A stretch of DNA of 64,000 nt, taken from Tubiluchus corallicola (taxonomy: Eukaryota > Animalia > Priapulida). The notes below the pieces were generated by a model. It was not told the DNA's origin. It saw nothing but the letters and a program-made list of their open reading frames with translations, and ran no database searches. Shown here in pieces: positions 53,018-64,000 of this stretch (its first letter is position 1; each line of letters starts with the position of its first letter). The DNA lies in assembly GCA_030141605.1 (NCBI GenBank), contig JAQGDQ010000864.1, positions 22,831 through 86,830 of the forward strand, read 5' to 3'. The translations under genes and the position numbers were made by a program.

Positions 53018-53917
53018 GGAAATATCCAGGAACCCCCACATGGCTGCATGCACGGAGAAATGTTTAACATTTTTCTTTACAATGTAAAAATCACTGTACA
53101 GAGTAAATGAGCTATATACCAAAAGCTCAGTTGAAGAGAAAGTCATACGTATCACTATATAAGTTAGCTACTACAACCTACAGGACACTTTAGTAGCGGA
53201 CAAAAGCAAAAACAAAAAAAAATACAATGAAACCTAAAAATATACGAGCTATGGGGAAAGTCAAAACGCAATTCCAAGTGTAAGTTTGACATAAGCCAGA
53301 CAAACGTTTTAACTTACTGGCACTACGGACGCTGCAGCTATTATTGTCCTATAGTTGTACATAGTGAGAAAAACAATTGATATGGTTAAAATATTTTAAA
53401 AATAATAACAAATACAGTCTGCACAAGACTCCAGCTAAACAAATATTCATTTGATTTATGCATGAAACAATTGCACAGGAAGTTACTATAGCATAAAAAA
53501 CAGACTTTTTCTTTGTTCGAATTACACATGCATTCGATAATGATATACACTCAAGTAAAGTGTTTATGACTGTAATCTTGGACAGAAAATCTGTCACATG
53601 CTTACAATGTGGTGGTTTAATTGTAGGCGCACAATTTATGACGAGTCGCTTTGATTTGATTAGGTATTCCAACTCGTAAATTTTGTCTTTTTATATGGGC
53701 TATTGATTTTTAAGGATAATTATAAATACCATGAAACAACCAAATAATGAATATGTCTTATTATTTATAAATATTTTTGTGCCTCAACATTAAAAAGAAT
53801 GATTGTTGATTAACTCGACAAGACGATTAACAAAGTAATGTTGGTTCATGAAGCATTGTGAAAGTGTACTTAATTTCAGCGAAAACGTCATACGGAAAAC
53901 TTACAAAGTATACTTAC

Positions 53918-54040
53918 CTTTAAGACTGCACGCGATTTTCGAAATAAATCAAGCTTTAGGAATATAAATTTATTCTTACAATGAATATCTCAATGCTCCT
54001 ACAACAAACTGAACAGAGACACAAAACTCGCGCCAACGCA
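53918..54040 (-). other. Probable non-coding first exon of SLBP
   Basis: Strong donor AAAG|GTAAGT at 53918/53917; matching acceptor tttttcaacag|52389. Confidence 0.55.
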
Positions 54041-55556
54041 TTGAAGCAACGAAGCGCATCAACAGAATTAAGAAGCCTATAAATTTGTTCAACTTAAATG
54101 CAGTTTATTAGCGATCTTCGTGACACCGTGAGTCCGTGATATCAATCATTGTCTGAAAAATAATAATAGAAAGAAAATTGTACACAACCAGTTTGATGTA
54201 TTATCATTGTATCATTACATCTTTTACAAGACGTCTGTCATAGGCAACTGGTAAGCAAAATAATACTAATTTCAATTTAAATTATTAGGTTAATAATCAG
54301 CAAGCACGAATATTATACAATAGATACATAAAATGCTGATGACGATGAAACAGATTACATAAATCACAACGTCATAAATGACAAATAGCAATGTTCACTG
54401 ATCACTGATCAGAGGTGTAGGCAAAATATTATTTTGCTCCTAATGCCCTGCTTTTAAAACAATGTTTGACAAAGTTACCATTAAATTAACAAGAACACTT
54501 TCGCATTACCTAAAACTAAATTTAAATTTTTAACAGGTATTGTCTACATTCAAGAATGAGCTTAAACCCAACGTAGCCAATTTTGCTTCTCTAGACACAG
54601 ATTTATGCAATAAAACATTTTCCTTGGAGTAATAATTCTTAAATTTACAATGAATTTTTAATTTATTACTTTCTATGTTTACATCCATCTAGTACCTGCT
54701 TTAATTAATGTCTTCTTTCCGCTAATTCTTAGTCACACATGTATTTTGCAATTAGGTTTTCAAGTTTTTTAACAAACATTTTGTAACAAACAGTGTGTTT
54801 TCGTATATGCCCAGATATGACCGAAGCATGTGCAGTCTAGAACAACATGGACAAATTTCGCCAAATGTATAGTTGAAAGATGTAACTCACAGAAAAAATA
54901 TAAAATTAACAGTTTATTAGTAATCGTCTTAAACCCGCATTCTACAATGTACCGCGTTTTTATCATCCAAACTCCCGTGCTCCAAACGCGGACCGATTCC
55001 ACATTAAATAGACCCTATGCAAACAGTGTCAGGTGTCTCGGGTAGGCTATAAGTGTGTTACAGCCAATGACTTCATAGCTAATTTTGTGAGTGTGTTTGC
55101 CTGTAATTTGATTTAGGGCAAATTAAGACATCTATTTTTAAAGGGCTGATAATTATACTATTGTGAATTATGTACTATGTGCCACATTGCCATGTAATAA
55201 AATTATGGTTGAACTGATGGAAACTACGTACATAATAGCAATCTTCCGTTAAGTCTTGCTTGAAGTGCCATGGTAACAATTTTTCTGTAGGCATAGATCT
55301 ATTGCGAAGGCCACAAATGCCATGCATTTTCCATCAAGCGTGTGGCATTGTTTTAAACAATCAACAAACAAGGAATTCGAAAATTTAAATCAATTTCTCG
55401 TGACGTTTGACTTTCTTTTCTGACTGCATTACGCTTTCTCACAAGAAAATAGCAGATTCTAAATCGGCTTCTAAACCAATTTAATTCCAAAACGTTAACT
55501 GCTCCTACCGACTGTGTGTGTGTGTATGTGTGGCAACAACGTAATAATAACAAAGA

Positions 55557-58500
55557 ATGAATGGTAAGTATCATGATCATGATTATGATCTTCACTAGTT
55601 CTGTAACTGCTCAGATTTCATTAAATAATTTTATAAGACACAATAAGAAAACAAAATTCTTGCCAAAAACACGGTAATAACTCTTTATTGTTTAATACTT
55701 CCATGTTACATTACGTACTTACATCTTCTCAGCAAAAGTAACATGAACAAAATAGTCTATTTAATTTAGGATTTAGATTTTTAAATTTCACTTTATTGTG
55801 TCTCTCTTTCTATTTTGTTTGATTTGCTTTATGGACAGGAAAGAATCTTATGGCTCGTGTTTAATTATTTAAATCTTGTTTTAAAATAAACTATTACTTA
55901 CTTACTCACTCACTCACTCACTCACTCACTCACTCACTCACTCACTCACTCACTCACTCACTCACTCACTGTCGGTTTCATTCGTCTAAGAACTTTGTGA
56001 ATATCGCCATCATAAGAAGTCTTTTCCCAACAGGAAACCACTTATGAAACTCTCATCAACTCTTGCCCGTGAACCAAATTTGGCAATATTTCCAAATCTA
56101 AATTTGCGTCATCAAAAAGACTGCTTTGTTAGTTCTTGTTACATATAAACTTGTTGTTAAATTGTAATTAAATAATCAGATTATAATGTGGATTATAATT
56201 AGAGACACTATTATAATTATAGTAGAATATATAAATTGTAATAAATCAGAGTACTTAAGTAATCAGGGTAAATCAGATTACATTCCTTAATTATATAGCA
56301 AATCTCATAATTTTAAAATTGTTAATGTTTCCTAAATTAAACTGACTACATTAATGCCCACCAGTGTCTAAAAATCATTTTATCTATATTCGGTAAAGGA
56401 TAGCAGACTAGGTGACTTTATAGTCTTCGCTATCCTTTCTCTAGTTCTAGATCTATCTATACATTTTAAACATTCTTCAAAACTTATTAGAGATTCTTTT
56501 ATTAATCATGTTTTATTGTAGCATTATAAAGAGATAAATAGATTACAATTAAATTGAAACTGATTATAATCATAAAACTATAATAGCTGAATATTATTCT
56601 ATAGCTACAACAACCCTGGATAACAGTACTGAACCTGAGTGTGAATTTTTAGAGGATAGACACACTCCGTTGAAGACTAAAATCTGCACAATGCTGATAG
56701 TACTAAGTTGTTTGTACTTGCTGTGGGCCATCGGAAAGCATGCAGTGTAAGTATCAATGTACAGTAGTCAGGCACAGTTGTGAACGAGGAAATTACGTAA
56801 TCGTCTTGCTACTTATGTGAGTTATGCCGAACGTTGTGTCCGAGTTTGGGTTCATTTTCAACTTGAAGGAAAACCGGATGATCGTGTTTAAACACGAGTT
56901 CAGAATAAAGAATGCTCTAAAATAATGAAATAGCTTATTTTAAATCAAAGCTTAGTTTAAATAATAATTACCTCGGATACTCAAATTTCGTTCAAAGCTA
57001 CGCGCGGCTCAGTGAATCTACTGAGATTGGCAACGGCGCCTTTTTGGCACATTTGCTTGGCCGACAAATAGAAGGCGGTACCGTGATAAGCATAGTCATG
57101 AAGTGCAGTGTTAGTTTCTGACGTCGTGCGATGTAAAGTCCATTTTTCGTGACATCATGCGTTTAAGCAATACTGTAACACCTATGCAAATGTGTTTGAC
57201 GCGCAATTGCAGACGACTGCCATTACACAAACTGTGGTTAGGTTCTGACGTAAGCAATAGCTGTGTTCGGTTGCCGTTAATTAACTTTCTAAGCAAGTTA
57301 TTCAAATATAAGGAATAATTGTTAACTTATATAAGTAAGAAAATGTATATTTTGGACAGTGAGTTAAAATAAGATTGAGTCTAAACAATCATCCGGTCTT
57401 CCTTTAAGCATTTTTTGTTGAATCTGTTCACTAATGACCATGAGGTGCATAATTAATAGCGTAGAGGTCTTGGCTCGATAGATTGTTTATAACAGAAATA
57501 TAGAATAATACAGTGATGTCGATATTGCCACCATGAAAAAACAGCAAACTTCTTTCATTCATGCAAAATAAGTTACGTCACCTGATAAGGAAATATTACA
57601 CAAATATATGGAGTATTATAGTTTTTTCCTTTGCTAAATAAGCTTATTTAAAATCATTTTTGCAGCACCAGATATGACTGTTTTGGAAGTAGATCATGGT
57701 TCTTTGCACTTGAGGTAAGTTTCATAAGCTTCCAATAAATAAGTAATTGGAAGGTGGACTAATATTGGAGACGACAATAAAGGTTGTGTCATTTTTGTGA
57801 TCAACAAGATGTCGAGTTTGAGAAACACGTTTTGCTCATTGTCCTCTTTATGATGATATAAACTTTGTTAGTGAAGTACATGAGCGCAAAAATCAATAAT
57901 TTTAATTAGTCCAACATTGTCAAATGCTGTCAGGTGACATTTGTCTAAAGGAATGTACCGAAGCCTGCCACATAAAGTTGGATAGAAGAAAATTTTTAAC
58001 AAACGCAATGATTTATCTTGTTGTTTACTTAAAGACTAATAAGTTACGGATAGTTATTGATGTGCTTTAATGTATCTCATAACTCTGTCGATAGAGTGGC
58101 TTTTATTCTACTGAAACTATGTCTACTTCTATGTGTTTTACATTGTTGTAAATGAAAAGTGATGCTATAATAAACTATGCTATACCATTCTAGGCTATGC
58201 TATACTATTCTATGCTATGCTACGCTATACTATACTGTACTGTACTGTACTGTACTGTACTATACTATACTATACTATACTATACTATACTATACTATAC
58301 TATACTATACTATACTATACTATACTATACTATACTATACTATACTATACTATACTATACTATACTATACTATACTATACTATACTATACTATACTATAC
58401 TATACTATACTATACTATACTATACTATACTATACTATACTGACTATACTATACTATACTATACTATACTATACTATACTATACTATACTATACTATACT

Positions 58501-60037
58501 ATACTATACTATACTATACTATACTATACTATACTATACTATACTACACTACACTACATTACATTACACTACACTACACTACACTACACTACACTACACT
58601 ACACTACACTACACTACACTACACTACACTACACTACACTACACTACACTACACTACACTACACTACACTACACTACACTACACTACACTACACTACACT
58701 ACACTATGCTGTGCTATGCTATGCTACACTGCACTAATCTATACTATATTATACTATACCATTTTGCACAGGCTTCTAACTCTCCTACTCAAATCTCGAA
58801 TTTGTTCAACTTACCGCAGGGTTTATAGCTGAATGGTCATTGTGTGAGCTTAAACGACTGTAATTAAGGGAGATACGCAATGCTTAGACTCATCTGTGAA
58901 CAGCCGGTGATCACAACACTAGGTCCTTGCTCCAGGCAGTTTCATCCGCCCTACTGATTCTGGCTCTTTACTTCCTAACAGGATGGTCTGTGAATTTACA
59001 TCCGAATGTTGCTACAATCAAACATATTGGAGGTTTAACCAGTAAAAAATGCTAGATATCGGATCTGAAATACTGTCAGGGAATATAATATTTTTTCAAG
59101 AATGACTTACAAGACAGAATTATTACCTCAGAATGCTAATTTCTCATATGTTCAGCTAGTTATTTGACATAGCATACATTTTGCCATTCGCTAGTGAGAG
59201 GCGCAGTATAGCATCTGTATTTCAAAGGAATATTGTCCAAAAAAGAGGTGCTGTACCTCTCAGCTCATATTTGTTCAGTTGTGACGGAGTGCTCGAGTCC
59301 GAGAGCTTACACATAAATGCAATGGTACACTTGAAATTTACATTTTAAATTTTAAATTTGCCGAGTTTTTGCATGTCACACTTGTATATCACATTGCATG
59401 TTGTACAACAGCAATGTACTTCAATGTTCAACATGCTCGCGGAATGTTTGTGCTTTTGAAAAATATGTCCAGTTGTGCTGTCGTCATTAAAATGCTCGTC
59501 TGCCGTTAATTAAGCTATTAACCTATTATTTAATTAGCAGAAATGTTTAGGCATTGTTATTGCTCCTAAATATTTTTTGCCTTACTTCCAAATGGGGTAA
59601 GATATGAAAAATTATTACCTTTTTCTTTAAACTTACATTATTGTTTTAAAACTACTATTTAATCTTCACATTCACGGGACACCTAAATAAATCTTTCACG
59701 TTTCCAGGTTGCGCAAAAGCGTAACGAGACGGGCTTTATCCCTGAATCTAAATCCGCAACAAACCTAGACACCCATAATTTGTCATCAGCACCACGACCA
59801 TCAACCCTAAGATGGGTTAAATCAGAAGAGCAACTGGACACGGTCTCCTTGGGCTCCAGCACCAGCATACTTGAAAACCTAAAACGTCAAGCGATTGCCA
59901 AAACCAAAAGTGTGGCCGATAGCAGGAGTAATGAAAATGCGTTCAAAGTGACGACGTTCAACCCGAGCAGGAAAGCTCAGTCTATGCCCACTGGCGAAGG
60001 TTACATGGTCGCACCTATGCGTACTGAATCTTTCTAG
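55557..60037 (+). CDS. Putative orphan single-TM protein, ~159 aa; exons 55557-55563, 56653-56746, 57666-57714, 59708-60037
   Basis: Three GTAAGT donors and pyrimidine-rich acceptors join in phase (1,2,0), giving MNEDRHTPLKTKICTMLIVLSCLYLLWAIGKHAVTRYDCFGSRSWFFALEVAQKRNETG...MRTESF*; AATAAA at ~60110. No family recognised. Confidence 0.5.
55897..55970. repeat. (CACT)n microsatellite
   Basis: Seen directly. Confidence 0.95.
56867..57403. mobile_element. Kolobok-like MITE
   Basis: TIRs AGGAAAACCGGATGAT/ATCATCCGGTCTTCCT; flanks TTGA and TTAA. Confidence 0.65.
58174..58760. repeat. Pentanucleotide microsatellite, (TATAC)n grading into (TACAC)n
   Basis: Seen directly. Confidence 0.97.
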
Positions 60038-60314
60038 ACAACACCCATGACTCCGAACGTTGAATTTTATACTAAGTAATTGTTAATTTAGGTCCACTCG
60101 AGTATACAAAAATAAATTATGTAGGTGTGTAAAGTTAATTTGTGTGTATAATAATTTGAAATTAAATCTAATTTAAGTATAATATGTTATTCGTTGTACA
60201 TAGTGTGAAACTGGAAATATTTAAAAGATTTGTTATATGAAAATGTAAATTGCTGATCTGAGCCTGCAAAAAGAGGCACCTTTTTGTATATATGTTCATT
60301 TCCTTAATAAAGAT

Positions 60315-60507
<193 letters not shown>

Positions 60508-61343
60508 CCCGTGAATGTTGAACGTAGCAGCCATGATAAGTGCTAAAACTCGTTAGGACGCATCAATAAGTGATGAAAATTTCAGGGTCGTTTCTCCATT
60601 GTAGGTGTGAGATAAATGGAACTTCAGTTTTCTCCTTGTATCTATCCTCTCGATCTCATCAAGTCAACGCATACTGACTTTTTCTCATAAATTTCTCTGT
60701 ATTACACTTTTTTGATACTTATTTTATCTTTCCATACTCTCAGTTTTTTAACTTTACTCACTAACCTTGGTCAAATTCCCCTGTTAATAAGACCCCATTT
60801 GAAACTACTACATATGATAATCCCAATTACTGAATAATTGCATTGTTTTGTTTAGATTTATGTATTTAACTTTATTATTATTTTTTGTTTTTAGTTCTTT
60901 TTGGATAATTTGTATCATTTATACTGTTTTTATTTGTATATTTTTCTTATTTGTTATCTGCAGCATCACCATTAATTTTTAATATGACTAATCTATTTAT
61001 AAGAAAGGGCAGGAGACCAGATGACCCTATGGTCCTTCCCTGCCCTGCTCCATGATTATAATTACTTGATATTTAAAAAAACTTTTGATGTTAAACTAAT
61101 TGGAGAAAATAAATGTTCTATGTCTATGTCTAATGGGGTCACTTCGATGGAGTTGCAATGGTGGTGTTCGCCAAGGGTGTGTTTTAGATCTGATGTTGTT
61201 CTCTATGATAATTAGATTCTTCCCATTTGCGTGATATTTTTAGACTTGGCGTCTCATTTATCATTTATGACACACAGACTCACCTGTTGATTAATCTCAA
61301 AATTGATATGGATGAAATCGAAGCTATGAATGTCATTTAGAAC

Positions 61344-61712
61344 TAGGGGTGAGCATTCTCTACCAGAAAGCGAATTCGAATCGAACCGAATTTGTGACTT
61401 TCGAATTCGAATCGAACCGAACTTTAGTGTCGAACCACCAGTAAAAATTGGTCTTACAAAGATCATGTGTATCACTAGATTTTGTTCTCCAATAAAACGA
61501 CTAGTAATTTGTTTAAAATTGTGCACAGAAATCACTGCTAAATTACGCTAATTGCATGTTGTTTCAATCGTTTTAGTGATCAGGAACATATGTGATTGAA
61601 GTGCTGAATTATTCGAATCTATAAGTTTTGGATTCGAATCGAGTTCGAATTAAAAAAACTCATTCGAATCGAATTCGAACGTTCGAACTCGAACGGTCGA
61701 TGCTCACCCCTA
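61344..61712 (+). mobile_element. hAT-type MITE, family E
   Basis: TIRs TAGGGGTGAGCAT/ATGCTCACCCCTA; TSD TTTAGAAC/TTCAGAAC; many TTCGAA subterminal motifs. Confidence 0.88.
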
Positions 61713-62424
61713 TTCAGAACTGGATTAATTGCAGATGTACATCACTGAATGTTGCACAATTATTTGAAGCTCAATGATGACGAGATTTATTATATAATTT
61801 TTAGGCGCACTTGTTTTTTGTTTTTTGTTTAATTACAAGGTTTTTAGCTGGTATTTCTATATAACTCACACTGGCGGGTAGAAATAAAAATAAGTGTTTG
61901 ATCCTATTGTTTTGCATGTGATTGTCATATAATCTTAAAAATGCACTAAATAAATTAATAAAACTTTTCAAATACTCCGATTACTATATCATAGCAGTAG
62001 TTACAAGTAAAACAACAGTTTACAAAAATGAACGTGTGAAGTCATAACAAGGTTTTAACTGAAAATTTTGAAGAAAAGTAAGTTTTAAAATTTATGGGTA
62101 TCCACCATGCCTATATTGTTGCAAAGGAAGCATGTTTTGTCGGAAAAGCAAAAAAATCTGCACTTACGCTTAAAAATCTATAATAATATTTAACTGCACA
62201 AATAAGGTGGTACAGTCGTCAAGCTTTCTTAAAACAAAACTTACATCACTTAGAACCCTGCTATTCTCAGGTTTAACTTTTAAGTTTAAGTTTATTTATT
62301 TCCACTCTTAATCTAACAGTTCGCGGAAATTCACTTATTGCGGGTGGGCCAGGAACGGAACAGTGAGGGAACACTGTATTAACATATGTACACTATATAA
62401 GCGTTTCAATATATAGTTTAATAA

Positions 62425-62742
62425 TCAATTAATAACTAATTAGAGGATCCAAAGGATTGTGACTTGAATGTGTAAATTTTTGTAATTAACTAATTAAAAC
62501 TAATTAATTAATAATAATTAATAACTAATAATAACTAATTAGAAGATCCGAAGGGTTGTGACTAGAATGTGTAAATTTTTGTAATTAACTAACTAAAATT
62601 AATTAATTAATAATAATTAATAACTAATAATAACTAATTAGAAGATCCGAAGGGTTGTGAATAGAATGTGTAAATTTTTGTAATTAACTAACTAAAATTA
62701 ATTAATTAATAATAATTAATAACTAATAATAACTAATTAGAA
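62425..62742. repeat. AT-rich 99-bp tandem repeat, ~3 copies
   Basis: GATCCGAAGGGTTGTGA...TAATTAACTAA units. Confidence 0.9.
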
Positions 62743-63275
62743 ATAAACGAGGGCTGTGCTACAATACATGCTCCACTCTCTCTCTTTTTTGCACTGTGAT
62801 TTTTTTAACTTTTTTTATGTTTTTTGTTGGTTTTTCTGTGTTTAATGATTGTGTCACTTTTCGAAAAAGAAACTAGAGAAAATTGTAGGAATAAAATGCC
62901 AAAGAAAAAACCAAACCAGGATCCGTATAATCAAGTCAAGACCAGCGAATGGACAGTTTAAATCAAGTGAAGATTAAGATGTATAGGACATGTTATACGA
63001 CTACCAGATGACAGTCCATTAAAATTAGCTTTCAAAGAAGCACTGCAGAAAAAAAGAAACCACAAGGAGGACAGCTGCTGACTTATATCAATTTCATCCA
63101 AAAAGATCTTATCAACACACCAACAGATATCAAAAATACAGAGACATAGGAGGTTGCGGGTGACAGGGCAGCATGGAGTAAAGTGATCAGGAGGATCACG
63201 TCAAACGACATGTGACTCCAAAGATGACGATGATGATGACCAAATCTCACAATGCCACATAGTACCAATTATTAT

Positions 63276-63440
63276 AAGGCTGAGCATTCTCCACCAGAAA
63301 GAGATTTCGAATCGAATCGAATTTGTGACTTTTGAATTAGAATCAAACCGAATTTCAAAATTGCGAAACGAATTCGAGTTCAGTTGTAAAGATTTTTGAA
63401 TCACTAATAAAAGGCAGTCTCGCAAATATCATGCAATTTT
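63276..63440 (+). mobile_element. Family E MITE, 5' fragment
   Basis: TAAGGCTGAGCATTCTCCACCAGAAAGAGATTTCGAATCG matches the start of 61344. Confidence 0.7.
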
Positions 63441-64000
63441 ACCTGAAAAAGCAACACCTTTATTAACATAAATATACAGAACTTATCAATGTATATCTAT
63501 ACAAACAACACCTTTTATACAATAACCTATATGTAACACCCAAATTTACACACCTGTATTTATCATGGCTCTACTCTACCGCAAGTTAGGTTAGCAACTT
63601 AACAAAGTTCTGGTGTCTAGTAACCGAATTCACATGATTTAGTACTGTATAAATTCTATTTTAAGTAGGCCTTGCACTTGCTCATGCGAGCTAATTATTT
63701 GATAAAGAAACAATCTCAAAATGGCTTACATGAACAATTTATACAGAAATTTATACAATAAAGAATGTCTTTAGAATGGTGACCGAGTTTTCATTACGTT
63801 GGCCAATGACATTAAATTTGGCATAATGATTGATGATCATCAATGCACAGGCTGTATTGTCGCTAAGTCTCATTCGAGAACATGTCTAAATCATCAATAA
63901 TTTCTGTCCAACAGCATGGTATGTATTATCTACTTAACTTCCATTATTACCATCATCAGCCCCGGGATCTTCTTCCACAACATTATTATGGTGAGGCAGA

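Larger units (their letters stand above)
61090..63239 (+). mobile_element. Decayed RTE-clade LINE, interrupted by later insertions
   Basis: GGVRQGCVLDLMLF RT motif (~61160); C-terminal RLRCIGHVIRLPDDSPLK...DRAAWSKVI (~62970-63190); (GAT)n tail. Confidence 0.7.

Noticed and set aside
58771-58828. Possible extra exon of the orphan gene (ASNSPTQISNLFNLPQ)
   Set aside because: The acceptor is plausible but there is no good donor and the frame closes; not enough support.

Overview
AT-rich, intron-containing DNA from an invertebrate animal, not a prokaryote. The evidence is GT-AG introns, a MetaSINE-like element, many hAT/Tc1/Kolobok-type MITEs, CR1/L2 and RTE LINE remnants, and about 20 mini- and microsatellites. 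Most ORFs in the supplied track are repeat artefacts; the real genes were rebuilt by hand from splice signals and reading-frame phase. In order: the last two coding exons of BNIP3/NIX (+, 242-3566); a single-coding-exon PNRC2-like gene (-, 11958-12362); a head-to-head RNF38/RNF44-like RING-H2 E3 ligase (+, 9 coding exons, 14941-35207); a convergent histone stem-loop binding protein SLBP (-, 7 coding exons, 52358-44796); and a probable small orphan single-TM gene (+, 55557-60037). The most interesting observations are four. (1) A chain of stop-start coupled uORFs in the PNRC leader, the last overlapping the main AUG, with an alternative acceptor that would fuse two of them. (2) A histone 3' stem-loop with an HDE-like element, preceded by a decayed H3-fold-like frame, downstream of PNRC on the same strand. 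(3) Five tandem copies of an SLBP exon end plus 5' splice site, where every distal donor gives a premature stop. (4) PNRC2, SLBP and a stem-loop, all linked to histone mRNA decay, lie in one locus.
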